From an uncultured Gemmatimonadaceae bacterium (GTDB lineage Bacteria > Gemmatimonadota > Gemmatimonadetes > Gemmatimonadales > Gemmatimonadaceae): a stretch of DNA of 64,000 bases. The stretch spans positions 160,001 to 224,000 of the forward strand of contig OY970320.1 in the NCBI GenBank assembly GCA_963716745.1, read 5' to 3'. The translations under genes were made by a program, and so were the position numbers. This document shows, piece by piece, positions 20,192 through 30,515 of the stretch. The number at the start of each line of letters is the position of its first letter. The stretch's first letter is position 1. The notes under the pieces are model-generated. The model saw only the letters and a program-made list of their open reading frames with translations, had not been told where the DNA came from and made no database searches.

Positions 20192-20997
20192 ATGACCCTC
20201 TTTCAGTCGCTGGTGCTCGGCATTCTCCAAGGACTCGCCGAGTTCCTGCCGATCAGCAGTTCCGCGCATCTCGCGCTCGCGCCGTGGCTCTTCGGATGGC
20301 CGGAGCCGGGACTCTCCTTCGACGTCGCGCTGCACCTCGGCACGCTCGTCGCGGTGCTCGGCTATTTCCGCGCCGAGTGGGTGCGCCTGGCACGCGCGGC
20401 GCTGAACATCGCGCGCACGAGGAAGGTCGTGACGCCGGAGGAGCGCCGCGTGCTCTTCCTGATCATCGCGACGATCCCCGGCGGCATCGCCGGCGTGCTG
20501 CTCGACAAGTACGCCGAGCACGCGTTCCGCGCGCCAGCGCTGATCGCGGGCGCGCTCATGGTGATGGGCGTTCTGCTCTGGCTCGTCGATCGTGCCGCGC
20601 CGGTCACGCGTTCACTCGACAGCATCCGCGGCCGCGACGCGTTGCTCATCGGTCTCGCCGCAGATGTTCGCGATCATCCCCGGCGTCTCGCGCTCGGGTT
20701 CGACGATCACGGCGGGCCGCGCGCTCGATCTCGATCGAGAGAGCGCCGCCACGTTCAGCTTCTTGATGAGCATGCCCATCATCGCGGCGGCCGCACTGTT
20801 CAAGGTGCCGCACTTGCTGCACGAGGGAGCACTCGCGATGCCATTGCTGGTCGGAGTAACCGCGGCCGCGGTCAGCGGGTGGTTCGCGATCGGGCTATTG
20901 CTGCGCTTCGTGACGCACCGCAGCTACGGCGATCTTCGCGGCCTATCGGCTCGTGCTCGGCGCGATCGTGCTCGCGCTCGTGGCGTACCGTGGTTGA
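20192..20997 (+). CDS. uppP: Undecaprenyl-diphosphate phosphatase (apparent indels ~20659, ~20931)
   Basis: GILQGLAEFLPISSSAHL, LHLGT, PGVSRSGSTI, FSFLMSMP. Confidence 0.93.
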
Positions 20998-21766
20998 TCA
21001 GCGCGGCATGTCGCGCCTCGGCGCGAACGACACGTACGACGGCCGCGCCGGCGCGTCGCTCATGCAGCTGCTCGATCTGCCGCGCGTGGAGGTCTTCGAC
21101 TCCGTGACGTCCACGCTCGACGTCGCGCACGCGCTCGCGGAATCCGGCGCACCGGCGGGCACGCTGGTCCTCGCCGAGGAGCAGACCGCGGGGCGGGGGC
21201 GCGGCGGAAGGAGCTGGACTTCGGCGCCTGGCGCCGGGATCCTGGTGACGCTGCTCGAGCGGCCGCGCGATGCGAGAGTGATCGATCTGCTCTCGCTGCG
21301 CGTGGGACTCAAGGCGGCGCGCGTGCTCGACCGGTTCACCGTGGCGCCGGTGCAGGTGAAGTGGCCCAACGACCTCTTCGTCGGCGGCGAGAAGCTCGCG
21401 GGCGTGCTCGTGGAAGCGCGCTGGCGCGACGAGAAGCTCGAGTGGGTCGCGATCGGCATCGGCATCAATCTGCGCGCGCCGCGGGCGTTACCGGCCGCAG
21501 CGCTCCGCGGCGGCACGTCGCGCGTGGAAGTGCTCGCCGAACTCATCCCCGCGCTGCGCGCGGCGGCCGCCGCGACCGGACCGCTCTCGGCCAGAGAACT
21601 CGCCGATTTCGCGGCCCGCGATCTCGCCCGCGGAAGGCAGTGCACCGAGCCCGCCGTGGGCGCGGTGGCGGGCATCGATGCGAGCGGCGCATTGCTCGTC
21701 ACCAGCGCGGCCGGCACCACCGCGTGCCGCAGCGGATCGCTCGTCTTCGCGGAGGCAACGGCGTGA
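20990..21766 (+). CDS. birA: Biotin-[acetyl-CoA-carboxylase] ligase without HTH
   Basis: AEEQTAGRGRGGRSW, KWPND, KLAGVLVE, GIGINL; start may be 21008. Confidence 0.9.
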   Translation: MVDQRGMSRLGANDTYDGRAGASLMQLLDLPRVEVFDSVTSTLDVAHALAESGAPAGTLVLAEEQTAGRGRGGRSWTSAPGAGILVTLLERPRDARVIDLLSLRVGLKAARVLDRFTVAPVQVKWPNDLFVGGEKLAGVLVEARWRDEKLEWVAIGIGINLRAPRALPAAALRGGTSRVEVLAELIPALRAAAAATGPLSARELADFAARDLARGRQCTEPAVGAVAGIDASGALLVTSAAGTTACRSGSLVFAEATA

Positions 21767-22548
21767 TCATCGTCTTCGATGTCGGGAATACCGAGACCAC
21801 GATCGGTCTGTTCGACGGTGCGCGCCTCGAGGCGCACTGGCGCATCAACACCGATGCGTCGCGCACGTCCGACGAATGCGCGATGCTGCTGGACGGATTG
21901 CTCCGGTATCGCGACGTGAAGCGCGCCGCGGTCACTGGGTCCGCGATCGGATCCGTGGTGCCCGCCGTGACCGGCCCGCTCTCGGACGCGTGCCGCGCGC
22001 TGTTCGGTGCCGCGCCGCGCATTGTGGACGCCGCGTCGGGCCTTCCCATCGTGCTCGATGTGGAGGAGCCCGCAACCGTGGGCGCAGACCGCCTCATCAA
22101 TACGCTCGCGGCGAGCCGCCTCTACAAGACGGACACCATCGTCGTGGATCTCGGGACCGCCACCACTTACGACTGCATCACCGCCGAAGGCGTGTTCCTC
22201 GGCGGGATCATCGCGCCCGGGCTGCGATCGAGTGCGGACACGCTCATTCGCCGAACGTCGAAGCTCCCGGCGACGGAGCTCGTGCCGCCCAAGCGCGCAC
22301 TCGGCCGCCGCACCGAGGAGTGCATTCGCGCCGGCGTGATGCTCGGCACCGCCGACATGATCGACGGGCTCGTACGACGGCTGAAGAAGGAGTGGCCTGG
22401 CGGGCGCGTGCCGAAGGTCGTCGCAACGGGAGGCTTCGCCGAAGCGATCGCGCCGCTCTCGGAGCAGATCGAACTCGTCGAGCCCTTCCTCACGCTGTAC
22501 GGTCTGCAGATCGCGCACGCGTTGCTCGAGGGCGCCAAGCAAGCGTGA
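21763..22548 (+). CDS. coaX: Type III pantothenate kinase
   Basis: FDVGNTET, GADR, VDLGTATTYD, GGIIAPG, ATGG, LTLYGL. Confidence 0.95.
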   Translation: MIIVFDVGNTETTIGLFDGARLEAHWRINTDASRTSDECAMLLDGLLRYRDVKRAAVTGSAIGSVVPAVTGPLSDACRALFGAAPRIVDAASGLPIVLDVEEPATVGADRLINTLAASRLYKTDTIVVDLGTATTYDCITAEGVFLGGIIAPGLRSSADTLIRRTSKLPATELVPPKRALGRRTEECIRAGVMLGTADMIDGLVRRLKKEWPGGRVPKVVATGGFAEAIAPLSEQIELVEPFLTLYGLQIAHALLEGAKQA

Positions 22549-23453
22549 GAGCGGCGCGCGATCTCGGATACCGCCTGCTGCCGGGCGACGGATTCAGCTA
22601 TGTGCTGCATCTGCGTCCCGCCGAATGGCCGATCATGGCGGCGCACACGGCGCTAGGGTTCATCCTCGCGGTCGGCGTGAGCGGCGTGCTGCGCGGCGAA
22701 CAATTGGGCGCGCTCCTCGCGGGCCTCGCCATTTGGGTCATCCTCGGCAACGGCGGCACGCTCGCGATCAACAGCGCGTTCGATAAGGACGAGGGCGACA
22801 TCGGCTATCTCGACGCGCCGCCGCCACCGCCCGCGCGCCTCGCGCCGTTCGCGCTCGCGCTCATGGCGGTGGGGCAGGTGCTGGCCTTCGCGCTGCCGAT
22901 GGGATTCACGCTCGCGTATGCCGCGTGCTTCGCGATGTCGCTCGTGTACTCCGTGCCGCCGGTGCGACTGAAGGCGGTGGCCGGCGCCGACTGGCTGATC
23001 AACATGGTCGGCTTCGGCACGCTCACGCCGTACGCAGGCTGGGCAGTCACGGGACGCCCGCTGCCAGGCGTGATGGCGGTGGTGTTGTGGAGCTTCTGCG
23101 CGCTGTTCGCGTCGCTCTATCCGCTCACGCAGCTCTATCAGTTCGAGGAGGACAGCCGCCGCGGCGACCGCACGCTCGCGCTGATGCTCGGCATGCGCGG
23201 CAGCCTGATCGTCGCCGCGGCCGCGGCGGTGGTCGCATTCGCGATGCTCACCTGGGCCGCCGGCGCCACGCGCATCGCCCCCTGGCAATGGCTCGGCCTC
23301 GCGATCGCGGCGGCTGCCTGGAGCGCCGTTCTATTTCCGTGGCTCGCCGCGCACCAGCGCATGACGCCCGCGGAACATCAGAAGGGGATGTACGCGGCAT
23401 TGATCGCATGGGCGATCACGGATGTTGCGGTGATCGCGGCATTCGCCATCTGA
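22545..23453 (+). CDS. UbiA-family prenyltransferase, substrate unknown
   Basis: INSAFDKDEGD, YSVPPVRLK, QFEEDSRRGDRT; multi-TM. Confidence 0.8.
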   Translation: MRAARDLGYRLLPGDGFSYVLHLRPAEWPIMAAHTALGFILAVGVSGVLRGEQLGALLAGLAIWVILGNGGTLAINSAFDKDEGDIGYLDAPPPPPARLAPFALALMAVGQVLAFALPMGFTLAYAACFAMSLVYSVPPVRLKAVAGADWLINMVGFGTLTPYAGWAVTGRPLPGVMAVVLWSFCALFASLYPLTQLYQFEEDSRRGDRTLALMLGMRGSLIVAAAAAVVAFAMLTWAAGATRIAPWQWLGLAIAAAAWSAVLFPWLAAHQRMTPAEHQKGMYAALIAWAITDVAVIAAFAI

Positions 23454-23464
23454 GACCGGTCGGT

Positions 23465-23617
23465 GCGGTCTCCGTCCGATCCGTTGCATCCGTCCGATCC
23501 GTTTAGAATTTGAACCGTGTGACGTCCTTGCCGCCTTGCGCTCGAGGCTCGAATGGAGAGATCACGGTTCATGCTTCGAACGGATCGGACGAATGGAACG
23601 GATGGGACGGAGACCGC
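23465..23617. repeat. Long imperfect palindrome built of 9-mer repeats (REP/MITE-like)
   Basis: 39-nt outer arms match at 36/39; inner 9-bp TGAACCGTG/CACGGTTCA; 43-nt loop. Confidence 0.85.
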
Positions 23618-23697
23618 GTGAACTGCTCAAAGTCATACTCAGCTAACTCAATACAAAATAGATACTTACACTTTACACTGTCGCGTGATGCCTTCGC

Positions 23698-23726
23698 TTG
23701 ACTGCGCGCGCGGAAGTCTCTAAGTT
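23698..23726 (+). promoter_or_regulatory. sigma70-type promoter of groESL
   Basis: TTGACT-N17-TAAGTT just upstream of CIRCE. Confidence 0.75.
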
Positions 23727-23733
23727 GCTTGTG

Positions 23734-23760
23734 CTAGCACTCAAGGCAGGTGAGTGCTAA
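23734..23760 (+). promoter_or_regulatory. CIRCE element (HrcA operator)
   Basis: CTAGCACTC-N9-GAGTGCTAA, one mismatch to TTAGCACTC-N9-GAGTGCTAA, upstream of groES. Confidence 0.95.
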
Positions 23761-23819
23761 AGGAAGTCTCTACTATGTATCATCACTTCCTGTTGAACCC
23801 ATACGGAGGAGGACCAGCG

Positions 23820-24125
23820 ATGGCCACGAAGAACGCAGCAGCGGTGAAGGTCAATCCGCTCGCAGATCGAGTTGTGGTGCGGCCGATGGAGGACGCGGAA
23901 TCGATGCGCGGCGGGTTGTACATCCCCGACACCGCGAAGGAGAAGCCGCAGGTCGGCGAGATCGTCGCGGCCGGCCCCGGCCGGTACGAGAAGGACAAGC
24001 GCGTGCCGATGGAAGTGAAAGTCGGCGACAAGGTGCTGTACGGGAAGTACAGCGGCACCGAGGTCACGCTGGAGAACGAGCAGTATCTGATCCTGCGCGA
24101 GAGCGACGTTCTCGCGATCGTTTGA
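23820..24125 (+). CDS. groES: Co-chaperonin GroES
   Basis: [48 protein letters not shown]. Confidence 0.97.
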   Translation: MATKNAAAVKVNPLADRVVVRPMEDAESMRGGLYIPDTAKEKPQVGEIVAAGPGRYEKDKRVPMEVKVGDKVLYGKYSGTEVTLENEQYLILRESDVLAIV

Positions 24126-24139
24126 TCCGCACCCACTAA

Positions 24140-25804
<1,665 letters not shown>

Positions 25805-25847
25805 CCTCCAACGGCACGTCGTTGGTGGTTGGACGTTCGATACGGCC

Positions 25848-25879
25848 GACGAGGGCCCGGCGAGAGCCGGGCCCTCGTC
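25848..25879 (+). terminator. Intrinsic terminator after groEL
   Basis: 14-bp stem GACGAGGGCCCGGC-gaga-GCCGGGCCCTCGTC followed by ACTTATATT. Confidence 0.8.
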
Positions 25880-25893
25880 ACTTATATTCCGGC

Positions 25894-26718
25894 ATGAGAT
25901 CGTGTTTTACGGCTCTCCTCATCTGCAGCGCCGCCGCCGCTCCGCTCGGCGCGCAGTCGCTCCGCTTCCACGCGGACTCCGCGTCGCACGTCGCGGCGGT
26001 GCCGAGGGATTCGGTGCGCAATGCGAATGGGAGCCTGCGCGTCGCGAGCGCGGCGAACTACGAATTCCTCGTGAAGCACATCGCGCCGCTCGCGGAGCGC
26101 TGGGGGCGGGACCCGCGGCTCGGCATCGATCCCGGGTACGTCGTCGCGCTGCTCGTGAAGGAGAGTGCGGGCGATTCGCTCGCCGTCTCCGCCGCGCCGG
26201 CGCTTGGGCTCGCGCAGCTCACCGCGCGCACCGATGCGGATATGCGACTCATGGACACCGAGTATCACTTCCAGTGGATGGCGCCCGAGGTCACGGCGTG
26301 GCCGCGGTCGCCGCTCGTGCACTCCGGTTCGCCGACCGCGTCCGACATCGACTCGCTGCTCCGCGCCGGCGCGATCACGTCGCGCGATGAGTATCTGTTC
26401 GCGCCAACGCACGCCACGCGCGCCGCGGTCTTCTGGATCCGCCTGCTCGAGAACAAATGGTCCACGGATTTCTGGCCCGGCGGCTACGGCTCCTTCGCGC
26501 GCAAGGCGATCAATGGCGGCGCGCCGCTCACGGAATCGCAGCTCATCGATCTCGTGACAGTCTGCTACAACCGAGGCTACATCCGCGTGCACGATCTCGT
26601 GAAGCGCCACGGCGCCGCATGGACCGACCATCTCTCCGAACTCGGCGCCGACAGCGCCGAAGCGCGCGACTACCTCGAGCGCGTGCGCGCGTACGCCGCG
26701 CTCTTCGAGACGCGCTAG
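25894..26718 (+). CDS. Exported lytic transglycosylase (SLT-like) protein
   Basis: Signal peptide; KES (catalytic Glu), ALGLAQL and CYNRG match SLT motifs I-III. Confidence 0.7.
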   Translation: MRSCFTALLICSAAAAPLGAQSLRFHADSASHVAAVPRDSVRNANGSLRVASAANYEFLVKHIAPLAERWGRDPRLGIDPGYVVALLVKESAGDSLAVSAAPALGLAQLTARTDADMRLMDTEYHFQWMAPEVTAWPRSPLVHSGSPTASDIDSLLRAGAITSRDEYLFAPTHATRAAVFWIRLLENKWSTDFWPGGYGSFARKAINGGAPLTESQLIDLVTVCYNRGYIRVHDLVKRHGAAWTDHLSELGADSAEARDYLERVRAYAALFETR

Positions 26719-27935
26719 CGCGCCGCCGCGGCGCGCGCATGCGCCGCACTCAGCTGCCGGCGCATCGCATCGTTGAGCGCCACGGAACGGCGGCTCATCG
26801 CGCGCTCGGTGGTCCTAAGGAATTCTTCCAGACGGTACTCGGTCATCGCCTCGCCGTCGCCCCATGAGAAGGGGGCCACGTACCGCGGCGGCATCATGCT
26901 TCCGTACACATTCGATCCGGCGCCGATCACGGAACCGGTCGTGAGCCGCGCGCCAATGCCCGTCTTCACGTGGTCCCCGAACAAGGTGCCGAGCTTCACG
27001 GTGCCGGTGTCGCGCACGCCTTGTGGGGTCCACAGCGACACGGTGCCGTAGCTGTTCTTGAGGTTACTGGTGATCGTGCCCGCGCCGAGGTTGACCCACC
27101 TGCCGAGCACCGAGTGCCCGACGAAACCCGCATGCCCCTTGTTCGCGTGCCCGATCACGATGCTCTCGCTGATCTCGCCCCGCACCACGCACTGATCGCC
27201 AATGGAGCAGCCGGACACGCGGTCGCCGAGGATCTGCGTGTCGGCGCCGATGGCGCACGGTCCGACGACGCGCGTGAAGGCGCGCACCGTGCTGCCTGCG
27301 CGCACCATCACCGGTCCCGCGCTCACGTCGAACACCACGAGCGGCTCGATCGTCGCGCCTTCCTCCACGTACACCGGATGCGGCCCGATGACGGTCGCGT
27401 GATCCACGTGCGTACCCGAGAGCGTCGGGCCGATCGTGTCAATGTCGTCGCGCAGGAGAGGCAAGAGCGTCGTGATGAGATGCCAGACTTCGTCCAGCCA
27501 ACGGCCGGCGATCTCACTCGCGGGCGCGCGCCGCGGCGCTGCGAGCGACTCGAGCGCCGCGCTCCCATCCGCGAACGCGGCGAGCGGGATCTCTCGCGCG
27601 ACGCGCACTGCCGCTACGCGCCCGCCGTTCGACCACACCGCCGCGCCCTTGGCGAACTGTGCCGGCGAGAGCGACGCCGCAAACCGGCTGTTCGCGACGA
27701 TCGCACCCGCCGGGATCGCGCCGCGCACCGCCGGCGGCGCGCCCATCTCGGAGAAATCGGCCAAGTGCGCCGCGACGATGGCGCCGCTCGCGCGTACGCC
27801 CTCGATTGCGAGCGCCATCTCCCAGCGCCGCCGGATGAGTTCGGCGCCCGCGCGCAGTTCACTCGCCGGCCGTGTGAGCGCGAACGGCTCGAACCCTCGC
27901 GCGTGTGCATCGTCGTACAGGTAGAGCGCCGTCAT
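26715..27935 (-). CDS. GlmU-related putative sugar nucleotidyltransferase with hexapeptide repeats
   Basis: PFALTRPASELRAG, GFVGHSVLGRWVNLGAGTITSNLKN, GDHVKTGIG. Confidence 0.8.
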   Translation of the reverse strand: MTALYLYDDAHARGFEPFALTRPASELRAGAELIRRRWEMALAIEGVRASGAIVAAHLADFSEMGAPPAVRGAIPAGAIVANSRFAASLSPAQFAKGAAVWSNGGRVAAVRVAREIPLAAFADGSAALESLAAPRRAPASEIAGRWLDEVWHLITTLLPLLRDDIDTIGPTLSGTHVDHATVIGPHPVYVEEGATIEPLVVFDVSAGPVMVRAGSTVRAFTRVVGPCAIGADTQILGDRVSGCSIGDQCVVRGEISESIVIGHANKGHAGFVGHSVLGRWVNLGAGTITSNLKNSYGTVSLWTPQGVRDTGTVKLGTLFGDHVKTGIGARLTTGSVIGAGSNVYGSMMPPRYVAPFSWGDGEAMTEYRLEEFLRTTERAMSRRSVALNDAMRRQLSAAHARAAAAR

Positions 27936-28969
27936 GACCGCTCGCGCACCTCCGGCGGCAGCGCATCTACCAGCTTCTTGAGATCGGCGGCGCGCTCACG
28001 CGTCGTCACGAGCGTAAGCCCGTCGCGCGCGACCACCACCAATCCTTCCACTCCATACGCCACCACGGTGTGCCCCTCGGCATGGATCACGTTCTCCCGC
28101 GCCTCCAACACATGCACGTCGCCCGCCGTGGCGTTGCCGGAGGCGTCCTTGGCGCGCACGCAATGCAGCGCCGCCCACGTGCCCACGTCGTCCCACCCGA
28201 AGTCGCCTCGCAGCACGAGCACTCTGCGGCTGCGCTCCAGTACGCCGTGATCCACCGAGATCGGCGAGCACTCCGCGAAGAACGTCGCGATCTCCTCGGG
28301 GTCGGAATGGATGAGCGCCTTCGTCACCTCGGGGCAGTGCAGCCGAACCTCCGTGAGGAAATCGCCCGCACCCCACACGAAGATCCCCGAGTTCCAGAGA
28401 CATCCCTCGCGCACGAGCGTTTCGGCGGTCGCGCGGTCGGGCTTCTCGATGAACTGTGCGACGCGCCGCGCCCCGTCGCGCGCTTCCTCGGCCGGCCGGA
28501 TGTAGCCGAACCCCGGGTCGGGGCGCGTCGGCACCACGCCCACGGTGATGAGGCTCCCCGAATTCTCCGCCACGGTGGCCGCCGCGCCGAGCGCAGTGCG
28601 GAATCCGTCGGCGTCGCCGATCGCCCAATCGGCGTGCACGCACATCATCACGGCGCCCACGCCATCGCGCCGGCTCACCTCGAGCGCCGCCCACGTGAGC
28701 GCCGGCGCCGTGCCTGCGGAGCGCGGCTCGGCGATGATGTTCTCCGACGGAAGCGACGGCAGCAGTTTGGCGACCGCGGGCGCGAGCGTAGCGTTGGTGA
28801 TCACGAGCGTGCGCTCCGCGGGCACGAGCGGCGCGAGGCGCGCGAGCGTCTCGGCCAGGAGCGGGACGTCGGTCACGAGCGGCAGCAGCTGCTTGGGGCG
28901 TGCCGGTGTGCTCAGCGGCCAGAAGCGCGAGCCGACGCCGCCGGCGAGGACCACCGCCCAGCGGCTCAC
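27932..28969 (-). CDS. manC: Mannose-1-phosphate guanylyltransferase
   Basis: LAGGVGSRFWPLS..PKQLL, FIEKP, WNSGIF, ISVD, GWDDVGTW. Confidence 0.9.
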   Translation of the reverse strand: MSRWAVVLAGGVGSRFWPLSTPARPKQLLPLVTDVPLLAETLARLAPLVPAERTLVITNATLAPAVAKLLPSLPSENIIAEPRSAGTAPALTWAALEVSRRDGVGAVMMCVHADWAIGDADGFRTALGAAATVAENSGSLITVGVVPTRPDPGFGYIRPAEEARDGARRVAQFIEKPDRATAETLVREGCLWNSGIFVWGAGDFLTEVRLHCPEVTKALIHSDPEEIATFFAECSPISVDHGVLERSRRVLVLRGDFGWDDVGTWAALHCVRAKDASGNATAGDVHVLEARENVIHAEGHTVVAYGVEGLVVVARDGLTLVTTRERAADLKKLVDALPPEVRERS

Positions 28970-29382
28970 GAGTGCGCGCCCTCGGGATCCTCGGCGGCAA
29001 TGCCGGTGAGTTCCGCGACGCGCGTGTACAGTTTCTTGGGGCTGAACGGCTTCGTGAGGAAGTCGTTCGCACCCAGCGCGAGCGCCTGACGGTAATGCTG
29101 CTCCTGGCCGGCCGCGGTGAGGATGATGCAGGGCACCGATTTGAGCCGCTCGTTCTTGCGGATGTTCGCGAGCACATCGAGCCCGCTCATCTTCGGCATC
29201 ATCACGTCGAGGAGGGCGAGCGCGAGGGCCGGCGATGCCTCGGCCATCTGGAGCGCCTCCATGCCGTCGTACGCGAGCATCACGTCGAACGGTCCCTGCT
29301 CCAATTTCATCTTGATGATGCGGCCGATGTGCGGTTCATCGTCGGCCACGAGCACCTGGAGCCGGGCGCCGGGGTCGGGCAC
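28966..29382 (-). CDS. Single-domain response regulator (CheY-like receiver)
   Basis: VLVADDE, LDVMMPKMSG, ILTA, FLTKPFSP. Confidence 0.92.
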   Translation of the reverse strand: MPDPGARLQVLVADDEPHIGRIIKMKLEQGPFDVMLAYDGMEALQMAEASPALALALLDVMMPKMSGLDVLANIRKNERLKSVPCIILTAAGQEQHYRQALALGANDFLTKPFSPKKLYTRVAELTGIAAEDPEGAHS

Positions 29383-29386
29383 CGGG

Positions 29387-29740
29387 TCAGACGAGCGCCG
29401 CGATGTTCGCGCGGTTCCGGCGCAGCTCGAAGAGCAGCTGGCCGAGGTTCGCCGACGGCTGCGCCAGCACCAACAGGATCGCGTCCGCGTTCAGGACGCA
29501 GACGACGGCGATGCCGTGCCCGTACTCGAGGATGGCCGTCTGGAGCGCGCCGCGCCCATCGTGGGCGCCGAATTCGTCGCCCGCCGCGACGATCTGCGGC
29601 ACGAGCGCCGCCATGCTCTCGGCGTCGATCGCGGACTGGACATCGCTGTCGATGAGCAGGCCATCGCGGCCGAGAACGACCGCGGCCTCGACCCCGTCGC
29701 GCTGGCGTAGGACGCCGACGAGGTCACGGATGGTTGGCAT
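29387..29740 (-). CDS. Roadblock/LC7 (MglB-like) protein
   Basis: GVEAAVVLGRDGLLI...ANLGQLLFELRR. Confidence 0.88.
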   Translation of the reverse strand: MPTIRDLVGVLRQRDGVEAAVVLGRDGLLIDSDVQSAIDAESMAALVPQIVAAGDEFGAHDGRGALQTAILEYGHGIAVVCVLNADAILLVLAQPSANLGQLLFELRRNRANIAALV

Positions 29741-29768
29741 GCGCGCTCCGGCGGGTTCGGGTGGTGCG

Positions 29769-29841
29769 AAGCTACTCGATGCGCTCGGGGCAAGTCAAGC
29801 CACGAGAATGGCTTGAACCTTCCCAGCCGGCGGGGTATTCT
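29769..29841. promoter_or_regulatory. Divergent sigma70-type promoter pair
   Basis: Minus strand TTGACT-N18-TAGCTT (29769-29798); plus strand TTGAAC-N17-TATTCT (29813-29841). Confidence 0.55.
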
Positions 29842-29883
29842 TCGCTGGATGTCCACTCGTTCGCTCCCTCGACAGGTATCTTG

Positions 29884-30513
29884 ATGAAGGTCCGTTTCAT
29901 TGTCCTCGCGGCTGGTGCGGCCGTCGCATTCGCGATCGGCGCCTGCAGCGGTCCGACGCAGCCCATCGCTACGAGCGCGACTGTCTTCGACACCGGCGGC
30001 CTGTACGCGTTGAGCGATGCCCCGGTCAGTGGGCCCACCGCGATCGCCACCTTGGTGCTCCTCGGCGGCAATCTCTACGGACCGCTCGCCGTGCGCGCGG
30101 TGCCCGGCGTCGACTTCAATGTCGCGTTCGACATCAACGGGGCGACCGCGATCGCGATGCCCACGCACGCGGTCATGTTCTCGCCGGTGTTTTTCGGCGC
30201 GATCGAGGAGGAGACGACGCTGCCGTTCGACAGCATGCTCACCGCGCCGACGGTCGGCTATACGGATTCGTTGACCCTCACGCTCCATCCAGGGTCGCGC
30301 TTCTACGTGCAGTCGTTCACGTCGAACCCGGCGTGCGCCGCGCAGCAGACGACGGCGCGCCACTACATCTATTCCAAGATCATCATCGACAGCATCAACT
30401 ACACTCCGTGGGACGCCGTCACGGCGCCGAGCGGCCATACGCTGTATTACCGGCTCGTGGTCGATCCGAACTGCGGATTCCTGGGGCTGGGCCCGGGCTT
30501 CCCTAAGGAATAG
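29884..30513 (+). CDS. Hypothetical lipoprotein
   Basis: MKVRFIVLAAGAAVAFAIGA-C lipobox; beta-rich; two further Cys (NPAC, DPNCG). Confidence 0.7.
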   Translation: MKVRFIVLAAGAAVAFAIGACSGPTQPIATSATVFDTGGLYALSDAPVSGPTAIATLVLLGGNLYGPLAVRAVPGVDFNVAFDINGATAIAMPTHAVMFSPVFFGAIEEETTLPFDSMLTAPTVGYTDSLTLTLHPGSRFYVQSFTSNPACAAQQTTARHYIYSKIIIDSINYTPWDAVTAPSGHTLYYRLVVDPNCGFLGLGPGFPKE

Positions 30514-30515
30514 CG

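Noticed and set aside
20192..21766. Apparent UppP-BirA fusion ORF
   Set aside because: Created by indels in uppP. The true uppP C-terminus is in other frames and stops at 20997.
23465..23617. CRISPR interpretation of the short repeats
   Set aside because: Units are 7-9 nt with no spacers, and there are no cas genes in the window.
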